Positions 48,586 through 60,398 of a stretch of DNA of 64,000 bases are shown here, one piece after another. Position numbers and translations under genes: made by a program. A model generated the notes under the pieces. The model did no database searches. It worked only from the letters and a program-made list of their open reading frames with translations, and was not told where the DNA came from. How positions within the stretch are numbered: position 1 is the stretch's first letter; the number at the start of each line of letters is the position of its first letter. This stretch comes from Microthyrium microscopicum. Its lineage: Eukaryota. The DNA lies in assembly GCA_010405405.1 (NCBI GenBank), contig MU004235.1:324538-388537 (forward strand), written 5' to 3'.

Positions 48586-51072
48586 ATGGCGTCGAAGCAA
48601 TCCAGCTCGTCAAAATCCAACCCGGCCAAAAGAAAGGATCCACCATCTCAACGCGCCAGGGACCCAAAGCGTCGCAAGATGTTTAGCGCGCCTGGACGTA
48701 ACTTGCCAGTGCAGAGCTCAGATGAAGCATTTTCCAATGGCCAACTTGACGTTGCCAAATTTGTAAAAGCTAGGGAATTTGAGATCCGAGCGTTGGAAGA
48801 TGGAATCAAGCAGGCTGCTAAAGGCCTTGCTTCTCGCGCCTTTCAAGAAGTGCCTAGAGAATTGAGACGTAGAACTGCGAGTCATAATGTGAAGCGCGTT
48901 CCTAAGCGTCTCCAAGCACGCGCAAAGAGAGAAATGATCCAAGATAATACGCCGGTGCGGAAAAAGAAGAGGATATTGCCGCAACAGAGACTTCGGATTG
49001 AGACTGTGAGACGGATGGAATCTGTGAAGAAGCGCTTGCAGACGAAAAAGGCGGAAAAGAAGGCGAAGAGAATTGCGAGCTTGGAAAACGAAGTTACGAT
49101 CACCGAAGACAATGAAGAAAATGGGGCTTCGGCAGCGCTTGTCAAAGTCCGGAAGCCCAAGGTCAAAACCAGCGTGCTAAGATCACCTCCTACTCCAAGG
49201 GCAAAATTCCGGAAGCGACAATTAGAAAAGACATGGCTCCCTAGCCACTTGTATCACAATAAACGAGCACGTATGACTCCTCCAAAACAACCGCTTTGGC
49301 GATTTGCTCTTCCTTTGACTCCCTCAGAGAAGAGTTATCGTAAGACTCACAGAGCAAGCTCTTTGCGTAACGCCATTGCTTGGGATACAAGTTATATGTC
49401 AACTATAAGGCTTCATGGTGTGGATAAGAGCTTGGAGGGCTTGTTGAAGGCAATCGGTGTCGGGTCAGGAGATAAACCAGCAGTCTTGTGGACACCAAAA
49501 GGGGCCAAATGGAAGCGAGGCCTTCGAAGTTGGAGCGGATGGGTTTTTAAGCGCGATTCCGATACTGAACACCCAATATGCCCAGTGACCATCATATGGA
49601 ATTCGGAAGCATCGAAAAACCAGGAGTCCAAGCAGTCAGATGGACCAGATCGAGCACCGAAATTGAGAGAACTGATGGTTCGATGCCATCCAAGTGCTTT
49701 TCTAGAACTTTGGACAGAAGTCACAAATCTTGCAAAAGTCCAGAAGCCAGCAGTAAAGGTTGAAGATCTACGATTCGAACTGGGAAGCATTGAAATCACT
49801 GGACCAAGTTCGACGGAAGCTTTGGTCTCGATTCTTCACCCAATTAACAACGAGGAAAACGAAAGCACTATTGGACTGCTTCAGAAGCTCAAGATTCTGA
49901 CGAATCCAAACATGTTACCAAAGAATGTGGTCCTTAGCATGAAGATATCTGATCCAAGGCTCCATTCTCCATTGAAACACGCACCGGAAGGACATGTCCA
50001 GTCCAAACAAGAAGAGCTTTTACAAGTATGTCATCAATGGCCTCTCGACAAAAACGCTTCTCCAATCGTCTTATTCGACAAGAATACCCGAACTCTTGCA
50101 ACCAAATCACTACAAACGCAGAAATCCATCAATCGCCGAAAAGCACAAGCTAAACCAGGCGAAAATCCACTTCCTCAGAAAGGAGATGCCAAGATTCCCA
50201 TCTTATTGTTTACGACAAACTCGGGGACTGGTAATCAAGGTGCTTGGACTCTTATGATGCCTTGGAAATGTGTATTACCTGTATGGTATACGCTTATGCA
50301 CCATCCAGTGTCTACTGGCGGTACCATTCGCTTCGGAGGCATCAACGAGCAACGACAGATCGCATACGAATCAGGTCGCCCGTGGTTCCCTGCAGACTAT
50401 CCTGGTACCAAAGCTGGGATGGAGTGGGAACTGCGCGAGCGAGAAGATGTCAAGGCGGCTTGGGACAGAAAACCGAAAGGACGTCGAACGGAGTTTGACT
50501 CTCTCAATCTTGGTCATGAGAAAAGGGGGGAAATTGGACTTGGATGGAGTTGTGACTGGGATGCTCTTCAAAAGAGCAAACCGTTTCACCAAGCTTCTTT
50601 TCTGAGAGCGCAAGCGTTGCTAAAGGACAACAATGATCCTACGTTTCAACCAAGCAGTGCCCTTTATAATGTTAAGATCACAATGATTACCAAAGGAGCT
50701 CCTCAGGCACGAGCACGTATCTATCGACTTCCTAATTCAAATCCGAAAGATCGGTCTTTGTGGCTGTCATTCCTTGATCACCAAGGACCCAAGAAAAACC
50801 AAAGAAGTTTGCCAAAACCCGGAGATCATCTCTATCCTGGCACTCCGCAAGATTCGGATCTTTTGGGGTTTGTTACCACCGGCAACTTTAATCTGGCAGA
50901 AGGAAGAGGTACTGCGCTCGGGTCAATCTGGAATGTCAGAATTGACTTCGCCCCAATTGCAAATCCATTAAAGGAGCATCCGACTGCCACCACAAATTAC
51001 TATCGCCTATGTATCATTCGAGATGTAGGAGAGACACTTGGCAGACTAGCACGATGGGAGCTTGTTGAATAA
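48586..51072 (+). CDS. POP1: RNase P/MRP subunit Pop1
   Basis: FVKAREFEI, FQEVPRELRRRTASHNVKR, WLPSHLYHNKRARM, WDTSY, E.G.PWFPADYPGT, LLGFVTTGNFNL.EGRG. Confidence 0.94.
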   Translation: MASKQSSSSKSNPAKRKDPPSQRARDPKRRKMFSAPGRNLPVQSSDEAFSNGQLDVAKFVKAREFEIRALEDGIKQAAKGLASRAFQEVPRELRRRTASHNVKRVPKRLQARAKREMIQDNTPVRKKKRILPQQRLRIETVRRMESVKKRLQTKKAEKKAKRIASLENEVTITEDNEENGASAALVKVRKPKVKTSVLRSPPTPRAKFRKRQLEKTWLPSHLYHNKRARMTPPKQPLWRFALPLTPSEKSYRKTHRASSLRNAIAWDTSYMSTIRLHGVDKSLEGLLKAIGVGSGDKPAVLWTPKGAKWKRGLRSWSGWVFKRDSDTEHPICPVTIIWNSEASKNQESKQSDGPDRAPKLRELMVRCHPSAFLELWTEVTNLAKVQKPAVKVEDLRFELGSIEITGPSSTEALVSILHPINNEENESTIGLLQKLKILTNPNMLPKNVVLSMKISDPRLHSPLKHAPEGHVQSKQEELLQVCHQWPLDKNASPIVLFDKNTRTLATKSLQTQKSINRRKAQAKPGENPLPQKGDAKIPILLFTTNSGTGNQGAWTLMMPWKCVLPVWYTLMHHPVSTGGTIRFGGINEQRQIAYESGRPWFPADYPGTKAGMEWELREREDVKAAWDRKPKGRRTEFDSLNLGHEKRGEIGLGWSCDWDALQKSKPFHQASFLRAQALLKDNNDPTFQPSSALYNVKITMITKGAPQARARIYRLPNSNPKDRSLWLSFLDHQGPKKNQRSLPKPGDHLYPGTPQDSDLLGFVTTGNFNLAEGRGTALGSIWNVRIDFAPIANPLKEHPTATTNYYRLCIIRDVGETLGRLARWELVE

Positions 51073-51110
51073 GTCTATGTAGAGTAGATGTATTATGGAC
51101 CATCAATTCT

Positions 51111-52121
51111 TTACGCGAATATAGGTTCCAAAACACTCTTTTGGAGCCATTCATAATGCTCGTCAGTCGCATGCTGTATTATCTCCACTCCTGTCTTAAC
51201 ACATTCAAGAGTCTCCTCTTCATTTCCCCAAGGCACACCTGTAGGCCAAAAAGCGATATGCGTCCCCATATGGATCGCCATCCTCCTCTTATCGCTCAAG
51301 GTCCAATGATCTCCTCTCTCCTTCCGATACGCTTCCAAAAACGCCTTCAGCATCCCTTTCCCTCCACGAAATCGATCCAGCAACCACGACTCGGCCGCGA
51401 ACTGCCCAACATCCGTCGCGCCATTGCCTCGTCTTGTCATCTCCCAGTCCACAATCGTCATCTTTAGCGAATCTTTCTGTACAAGCACGTTGCCCGGCCA
51501 GAAATCGCCATGACACACCATTCCATCGTCCGTCGCCAACAACGAGCCGAACATTTCATTATTTCGCTCGCCAATGCTCTTGTCCTGTCCGTACTTCTCA
51601 AGTCGACTGGCTAACCACTTGTAGCTATGCCGATATATGTTCTTTGCTACCTGATTATCCCCAATGTCCATTGCTTTTGTTGCTAGATGGAAGCGCGCTA
51701 GCCAACGACCTAGCCGCCCACCTGCTTCTTGTACTTCTGCTTCGCTGAGAGTGGAATATACATCTTTCAAGGTGGTGCTACCGCCGTCGCTCAGGCGCAA
51801 GACATGCGCTTCTGAATCGTAGGCGAGCACACCCACTGGCTGAATAACCTCGCTCGATGGTAAGACGTCTGGGAGGGCGCGAAGGACGTTTGCTTCAAAA
51901 TCCATGCGAACGACGGGGAATTGTATGTCTGGGTGGGTGCGCACATATGGTTCTGCATGCTTGATGATGGACGTAGAGCCTTGCGTGTCTGTGAGGCGGT
52001 AGACAAAGTTTGCAGTGCCGCCAGAGAGTTCGGCGGTGGCGTACGTTTCCTCTGGGTCTAATGCTAGGGACTTTGTGGTTTTGAGATATTCCTGGATTGC
52101 GGATTCAGTGGTGAGTGCCAT
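51111..52121 (-). CDS. Phosphotransferase of the APH/methylthioribose-kinase-like family
   Basis: LSGGTANFVYR, IIKHAEPY, CHGDFWPGN, IVDWE, DVGQFAAE. Confidence 0.82.
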   Translation of the reverse strand: MALTTESAIQEYLKTTKSLALDPEETYATAELSGGTANFVYRLTDTQGSTSIIKHAEPYVRTHPDIQFPVVRMDFEANVLRALPDVLPSSEVIQPVGVLAYDSEAHVLRLSDGGSTTLKDVYSTLSEAEVQEAGGRLGRWLARFHLATKAMDIGDNQVAKNIYRHSYKWLASRLEKYGQDKSIGERNNEMFGSLLATDDGMVCHGDFWPGNVLVQKDSLKMTIVDWEMTRRGNGATDVGQFAAESWLLDRFRGGKGMLKAFLEAYRKERGDHWTLSDKRRMAIHMGTHIAFWPTGVPWGNEEETLECVKTGVEIIQHATDEHYEWLQKSVLEPIFA

Positions 52122-52781
52122 TTTGAGGGTGGTTGTGAATTTCAGCGGTGATTTACTGAGCTGGACCAATGTAGATTCTTGGACAATATTACAGACCCGT
52201 TAGACTCAGTAATCTAGGTTCTTATTGATTATTGTGGTTTTTTGGGAGATCATGTTCGCCAAGCACGGCATGAATGAATATTTTGATGATGGACGAATTT
52301 TGGCCCGCTTCGTGAACTTTCTTGACTCGTCCCCGCCTCAGTGGCTGTTTGCCAGCCAGTTTCATACTTGTCCGACGGTATTTCCACAATTTGTGTTCCG
52401 ATGAGGAGTCACACGGGAGGTTTTGCAGATTTTCGAATTGCCATTTGGCAATTGCTGCGGTGGCAACGTTACAACATGACAATACTTAGGTAGGTTTTGT
52501 CAACTCAGTTAGGCTGTTTGTGGAGCGGAAAAGCAGCTCTTCAGCATGAACTTCCCGTAGAAGACGTCAGATATGAAAATATTTTCTGGCCATCCATATT
52601 CTGATTCATCTCAGGTCTATCAAATAAAGAGCAGCTTATATTGCAAGAGAACAGGTAAATCTGCCCACTAAGGGATCTAAGTATTTATCTTTGAGCGCCT
52701 GCTCTTGAGCAACCGAAGCATGAGTACGAAAGTCAGGAGAGATACGAGTATCATAAGCAAAAAAGAGCTGCTCTCATGAAG

Positions 52782-53647
52782 TCATAGATTTCCTTGAGAT
52801 GGGGCAGTTGTAGTAGTAGCTGGTATCACCGTTCCTAAATATGTCTCCAACTCTTCTAGCTCTTCCGGACATGCACTGTGACCCATGCCCCTTAAACTTG
52901 TTAACATCGAACTGACTGAGCGCGGATCTTTTGAGACTTACTGGTAAACCTTGAAATCGACATTATATCCCGACTTTTTCAGTACTTCAGCGCTCAATTT
53001 GCCATATTCAAACATCACAACTGGATCATCTGAGCCATGGGCCATGAAGATTTCGGTCTCTTTGTTTGCGTCGCCTCCTTCCGCGACGAATTGTTGGAAC
53101 TCTTTCTGGAGTAAGAGATAGCAAGAGAGACCAAAGATTCCTGCGAGCTTCTTTGGATACGTCAGACCGGAGAATAGCGACATGGCGCCGCCTTGTGAAA
53201 AGCCGCCGATAGCAATACGATCTGCTGGGATTCCGGCGTCGACTTCGGCGTCAATCATTTTGTGGAAAACTTGTTGAGATTTGACAATGTTGTCTTTGTC
53301 TTGTTCGGCGTTGATTCCACTTAGTGATTTCTGAATTGTTTAGCAAAAGAGTTCACATGATATAGGTAGGTTGAGGCTTACAATGTCATACCATCCAGGC
53401 ATAGACATGCCCCCGTTCTACACGTCAGTTTTAGTTTGCGCAGCCAATTTTGATGACCACCAAGACTAACCAGTGTAATCGGAATTTGAGGAGCATTTGG
53501 AAATATGAATTTGACATGACTGAACTTTTTAGCATTGAGCTGTTGGGCCAGGAATGCCCAGCCAGCACCACTATCTCCCAAGCCATGCGCGACGATGAGA
53601 GTAGCGGTATGATTTCCCGACGCTGGAATGATAATAGCGGGTGCCAT
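52782..53647 (-). CDS. Acyl-protein thioesterase 1 (lysophospholipase-like)
   Basis: HTAT..AHGLGDSGAGW, IFPNAP..PITL|N.GMSMPGWYDI, GGFSQGGA, AHG..DPVV, GMGHSAC; three introns. Confidence 0.92.
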
Positions 53648-54268
53648 TCTGAAAGATGAAAATTGACGAGCGAAGAAAGCTGCAAAGCTCTACATATAAA
53701 GGTCAGCAGTTGCAGATTAGTGGTTGCTACCATTCCCAGGATCATACCCGAAGTTTGAACGCCACCTTGTTTGTGAGATGATATTGTCTTAGAAGTCAAA
53801 GTCGAACAATCAAAGGCATTCGGTTAAAATACTTCACATGAACACTTGAGAATTGCGATGAATGTAACAGCTTTGGATATCTCAGGGCCGGTCAATATCC
53901 AAAGTCACCAAGGATGCACGTGACTTTTGGGTTGAAACTTTTGCTCTAACCAATGAATGGCCTTGAATCTGCTGTTTCAGCCTTATAGCGGCAGTTGCGC
54001 CTTCCTTATCATTAGCGCGTGCTGTTGTTGACAGTATGACGATGTATTGCCTCTGAGCTTTTGTCATGTGAGGATCGATGAGACGCCCACAATACAAGTC
54101 AATAAGGGTCTCCTTTAACCATACACTTTCACCTCATTGACATATACACAACGAGTCCTTATATAAACACTCCAATCGAATATACTTGTCGACGAAGTTC
54201 AAGCTTCAGAGACAGCTTGCGTAGAACATATCGCACACTTTCCTGGACTGTATCAAACGATCCCAAAT

Positions 54269-55931
54269 ATGGCGCCGAAGAGACGGACTGCGATTGACAC
54301 AAGTCCAGCGACCAAAAGGGCAAAAACTACAGCGCCTGCGAGAAGAAGTGCTCGCATTATCGCAAGCACTCAAAGCAGCACCTTGGACTTTAAAGTCGTT
54401 CGGAGTACAGATCTAATCGCCGGCACGGGAGTAAAACCAGTCTCGGATGACGAAGATATCAAGCCCACGAGTAGTGCCACCGTACCCTCTGCAAACGCCC
54501 CCGCGACCCAGGTGGATCTATCCGTCGAAATTGAAATGGAAGAGACGGCTACCCCAAGGAGCAAAGCTGGGAAGATTAAAAAGGAAAGGAAGATCAGAGT
54601 CAAGGTTGAAGAGGAGATACTGCACCCTGGGCTTACTGCTACCAAAAAGAGACCAAAGTGGCACACCACAAGTCCTTGGCCTGACCACGAGTCCCCTTCG
54701 GCCGCTCAATGTGGGGAAGTGGTGCATTTGCTGGCAGCACTCCATGGCGATAAACCACCACCAAAAGCGATGCCACCACCGGAGATGGTAAATTCCTGTC
54801 CTGATACATCTACTCTTGCCTTCGAATCCAATCGAAGGAAATTCAAGCGATATACTGACATCTCATAGGACAGAGCAGGATGTGGCGAAAACCACGCTGT
54901 TCATGATGCTCTACTCAGGACTCTACTAAGTGCCAACACTTCAGAAGGAAACGCGGCCAAGGCAGTCAAAAAGATGGTCAAGATATATGGCGTGGCAGAG
55001 ACTGGGTGTGGAAAACACAGTCTCAATTGGCAAGCCGTTCATGATGGCTCCGTGGAGAAGTTGGAGGATGCGATCAATCAAGGTGGCATCTACAAGATCA
55101 AGGCGGCGTGCATCAAGAATATCTTGAGCTGCGTCGTGAGTGAGAATAAGGAACGATACGCGAAGCTGCTATCGGAAGGCAAAGAACTAGATGAGGACGT
55201 AAGTTATGCCATCGTCTCATCAACTTCCCAAACTCACTTATTATAGGACCATGATCCTCTTTCTCTACAGCACCTGAAGCAATTGATGACTCCCGAAGCT
55301 TTCGCAGAATTAGTCAGATACCACGGCATTGGTTCCAAGACTGCGGCATGCGTTCTCATGTTCTGTTTCCAGAGAGCACTATTTCCAGTGGACACACATG
55401 TGGCTCGTCTAAGTCACTGGCTTGGCTGGACGCCGCCTGACAAGCCCAAGGACGCAGGTAAGATTTTTCCCAGCCGAACTTTTCATAAGTCCCGGTATGA
55501 CAGTCAGTTCCGGGCATTAAGTAAGCTAACAGCATTCAGACAAAACCATGTGGCACTGTCACACGAAAATTCCGGAGCATCTGAGGTACCGTCTGCATCA
55601 GCTGTTCTACTTCCATGGCCAAGAGTGCTATCGATGCGCTGCGGACACGAAGATAGGCTCACCGGCATGGAAAGCCTGTGTTTGCCCCATTGAGCACCTT
55701 CTCAATCGTAGGAAAGAACCCGAGATGCTCAAGGGCCAAAGCCTAATCACGAGCATGATCAAAAAGGCCAAAACTGAAGTCGTCGAAGCTGAAGATAGCA
55801 TCGCAGCCTCTATATCCGAGACAGTGGTGAGATCAGAAGTCCTGCACGAAGTCGACGCGGAACCATCTGCACTCAACGGCAGCCTTGAACAGTCCTCGAA
55901 AGGGATGGACATTGGAATGTCGAGTCTTTGA
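54269..55931 (+). CDS. HhH-GPD base-excision DNA glycosylase
   Basis: LLRTLLSANT, AINQGGIYKIKA..IK, HhH LVRYHGIGSKTAACV, FPVDTHV.RL..WLGW, LHQLF..HG..C..C..C.CP; three introns. Confidence 0.85.
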
Positions 55932-57467
55932 GGCATTGCCGCCGGCTAGTTTTCTTTCGGACGTTATCGAAGTCTGGACCTGAGCATCGGGGCCAAATAC
56001 GCTCTATGTCGGGTAATGCATGCAAGCTGAGAAAGACCGGTTGATGACACTGGCAATATCCCAGAGATAGGACTGGATTTGGCAATGCATGATCAACCTA
56101 TGCAAAGTGACGAAGATTGTTCAGACTCCGACAAAAATACTGATAGTTCGGAGACAGATCGTACTAATAGCGAGAAAGCTGCTGTAGTGATGCATTGTCA
56201 AGTTTAGTAACGAGCAAATAGATCTTCTAACACAGATACACACGGAATAAGTAGTCTGGTCCAATGTCAAAAATCTTGCATACCATATCGATCTTAAAAT
56301 AGTCAGTCTTGTGAAGTTGTGAACCTCCCTGAGCTCCAGATCTAATTGTAAGACGCGATAGCTGCAGAGCAGTGCGAAATGACGCCGTCGCCCTTCATTT
56401 CCCTCAAGATGAAAGCGAGGTCTAATCAATCTTGAGATAGCGTTACTTGATAACAGAATGGAGTTCTTTTCGAAGATGGGTGAGGATATGACCTGTGGAT
56501 GAAGAAGTGCAAAAGTCAATGTGTGTCTTTGCCAAAGAAATTGGCCCCTGAAAAAGCCAGCCACAAGATTCCTTCGCCCTAAATTAGCCACAGATATAGA
56601 TCCAATCACGCTCCCTTGGCTCGAGCTTGAGATTAAAAATAGTATATGTTGACTAATTTGCCTGCATTAGTTAGACCCAACCGCAGTTGTCTCTCGGTCG
56701 CGCTTTCTCTCCGACATTTGCTCGGCATCAGATCTTGGCCACTGGGTTGACATAGTCTCTTCCTCATCTCGAACGTACCCAGCTAGTACAGGGCCCTCTT
56801 TGGAGGTTCTAAAGTCTGCCATGGGCCCATGGCCACCAGCAAGTCAGCGGGCACGGGAAAAGAAGTGCCAGCCGCGGATCTTATGAGCTGTCACAATCCA
56901 AACACCGTGTCAGATTTTCACTGCGTGAGATACCCAGTGTATTGGCTCACAAAATCTCTGTCACTTCGCTAGTAGCCAGCTTCAGACGTAGTCAGTAATC
57001 CGGTCTCTAATCTTATCCATGATCTGGAATCTGGAATCTAGAATCTTGCGGCTCAAGCGAGCCTGGCAACGTTGCAGTAAACACCTCAAGTATGGATGGA
57101 TACTGAGGGGCCTTGTACAGCCTCACTGCTCACTGCGGAGTCCAGTCAGCACCAATTGGATCACTGCATCTCTAATTCATAGGAACAGACCCAAGCACTT
57201 TGTAAGATTCTTCAGCTAGACACGCTATTCCGCCTCAGAAATGAGAGGATTTGCATAATGGTCTATTTCGCTTGTCAACGCGCCACAAACACCAAGACTT
57301 CGAAGCCCGTCAAACACCGGCTGGCTGTGCATTATGAAGTTGTGCATATGGCATTATACACATAGCTAGGTACATAAGAAAGGACATTGAAGGTGTCATG
57401 TTTCTGTCTATCAACTCGTCTCATAAACTCCTCACCATTTCTAGTGTCTTCTATCTGCTCAGGCACG

Positions 57468-59914
57468 ATGTATAAATCAATCCTGATTTGTTCCCTTGCA
57501 TCCTTATCTGCCCAAGCAGCACCAGCGACAACAACGGCCACAGCGAAGGCCTCGACTACTTTTGTTAGCTCTACATTAAAAGCAGTTACCACAACATCCA
57601 GAGTTTCTAGTTCAGTCAAACCATCGTCAACTCCAGCTCCAGTCTCAAATTCAACGAATCCATGCGCGAGGCTATCTTCTTCATACTCCAAGCAAGCGGC
57701 CGCTGCCAAAGGTAATGCTAAATTTAAACATGTTGGGATTTTCACTAAATCCATCCAGGGGAACTCACGCAAACGACGTACAAAGTGACTGACGTTCTCG
57801 CGTGTCTTCGGGATGTTCCTATCAACTCAACCGCCGCTGCCGCTCAGGTTGATTACATCAAGCAATACATGCAGTTCCAGTCCACCTTGGCCTATCTGAA
57901 GAATCCTCCCAAGTCTTACCCTTACCCACCAACCGACATCCTTGGAGGATTAGACAAGATTGCTAGCAAGACGAAATCCGGCGGGTACAAGAACCAATTC
58001 GACTTTGAGATTGACATTGTCAAATATGCGATTGCCACGTATGATGGGCATACGGCAGTCAATCAATTCTTGGTTTCGAACTTTAATTTCCTCACTAACG
58101 TCTTACTTGTATCGATTTCAGGTGACGGGAACTCACTACCTGGTGTATACTTTTTGCAGGACATCTTACTTGCCAATGCTACATACGCACCGTCAGATAT
58201 TATCAGCATTGATGGAGTTGATGTCACAGAACGACTTCTTAGCAGGGCTAGTTCAAATCAAGATCTAGAGTAAGCAAACTACTCGTACCCTCTAAAGAAA
58301 GACATCAAACTGACGATTATTAGTGCTCTTTACAACTCGGCGCTCTATAACCCATCCAATAATCAAGTTGGTAGTTCATATGCGGGCTCCTCTTTCATCT
58401 TCTCTGAGGACTCCCATACCTACAAATTCAGAAATGGAACCTCGGCGACTCTTTCAAATATTGCGTCGACTAAACTCTCCCTAGAAGGGATCAAGAGCGG
58501 CAAAGACATCTATGAGAACTTCTTAGTTCCGAGTACCGACGACGAAGAAGAGGAGCAAACACCGTCCTCGTCATCTTCTAGTTCTACAGCACCCAGCAAA
58601 CCCTCAGACCCAGTCGCTTCGAATATCGAAGCGTATGTTAAGCTTGGCTTTCCTACGCCAGTCGCAGTGGCTTTCGATAATTCCGTTGGCGGTTACTTCC
58701 TGCAGAGCGACCCGAGCGTTGCTGTTCTCAACGTCCGAGCATTCACAGGGTCGGTCGCAAACCCGCCAGGAGCTCCTAAGGACTACGACACGGCCGTCGA
58801 TTTTCAGCAGACTGTCACCAGCTTTCTCAACAAGTCCAAGGCCGCTGGAAAGACAAAGCTGATAGTTGACGTACGTGGCAACGGTGGAGGTGCAGTTTTT
58901 ACTGGCTATGATTTGTTTAGACAACTATTCCCCAGCCTCAAGCTCGAAGCCAGTACCCGATTTCGTTCCCACCAAACTGCCGACTATCTTGGCACTCTGT
59001 TCTCCCAGTTCCCCGGTCTGACTCAACAAGACATAGACCTAGATTCCAAAGACAATGACACTAAAGCAATCACTTTGGCTAAAGCGGATGCCTTCAATTT
59101 CCATTCTTATATCAAACCGTCGGGAGGAAACTTCAGTTCTTGGAAAGATCTCTATGGCCCCGTTATGGCAGGAGGCGACAACTTTACGCAAACTCTGGCT
59201 TTCGACTTCAATAATGTAGCTCAGGCCGAGGCTGGTGGACTGCAAATTAGTGGTACTGGAGATTTGCCTAATTTCAAGGATCAAATCTTCAAGACCGAGA
59301 ACATCCTCCTGGTAAGCCAGTAATTCCGACTGAATATTCACGAAATCAATACTAATTTGTAATTTAGATCACTGACGCCGCCTGCGCTTCTACATGTGGC
59401 CTCTTCAGCAATCTCATGATCAAGAATGCTCAGGTCAAGACACTCGTGATGGGTGGAAGACCAAGCAAGAACCAAATGGTCGCTATAGGCGGCACCCAAG
59501 GTGCTCAAGTCCTACATTGGGACGTCATCCAGAGCAAAGCTGCAAATGGCCTCGAACTGCTGGCCAAACACGGTGCTGCCGTCTTCAAGGATTCTGCCCT
59601 GCTCAAGTCTGTCACCAACGTGTTCCAAAAGATGGTCGCCGATCCACCGATCAACTTTGACGTATCAGCCAGTGCCATCAACTTCAGAGACAGCTTCTTT
59701 GGCGGCAATGGAACTGATACTGTAAGTCATACCACCTGAACCCTTCCTCCCAACACCCTACTGACTTCTAACCTAGCCACTGCAATTCCAGAACGTCAAG
59801 AAGGCGGATTGTCGTGTATTCTATACTGCTGGAGATATCAAGCGCGTTGCCACAACTTGGGAGCGTATTGTCGCTGGAAACTACGATTGTGTTGATGGAG
59901 GAAAGAAGTGGTAA
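57468..59914 (+). CDS. Secreted peptidase S41-family protein
   Basis: Signal peptide, Ser/Thr-rich region, FQSTLAYLKNPP, YKNQFDFE..DGH, KLIVDVRGNGGG, ITDAACASTC, MGGRP, GGTQG; about four introns. Confidence 0.85.
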
Positions 59915-60398
59915 TGACTTTTGGTCTTAGTGATAATATGGTTATGTTGCATTTGTTTTAGCGTTTAGATCTGGCATTTGCATAGCGATGGGTAAATTGT
60001 AGAATTGGGCGTTTCAGCGGCGTTTATAGTATAATTAGATCAGGGGATAGTTGGATATCTGCATATAGGGATGCTGATTAGTAGAAATAAACATTGCCCC
60101 TTTATATGGCTTCAAGGGAAGAAGGCACTGCAGTGTGAAAAAGAAGAATGTTGTTCATTCTGATGACATTAAATATTAATGCGTCGCTCAGACGCGTATA
60201 GGCTAAAGTCATAACTTTCAAGATCATGTAATAATAAGTACTTGCTTCTCAAAATCGAGGCTCAAGCCCTTCAAAATTTCCATCACTCCAAGTCCAACGA
60301 TTCCCCTTGTTGTCCTCCTCCACAAGCTTTTCATCCTTCTTGTCTCCATCATCTTTCGAATTCATAGCACGATCCTCCTCTTCTCGCCGACACGCCAA

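Noticed and set aside
5050..51072. RMP1 and POP1 (both RNase MRP subunits) plus RPF1 in one window as a functional cluster
   Set aside because: They are ~43 kb apart with many unrelated genes between them, and I found no RNase P/MRP RNA motif. Likely chance.
15778..52121. Alkaloid/psilocybin-like cluster (N-methyltransferase plus PsiK-like kinase)
   Set aside because: The genes are 34 kb apart among housekeeping genes, with no decarboxylase, P450 or backbone enzyme nearby.
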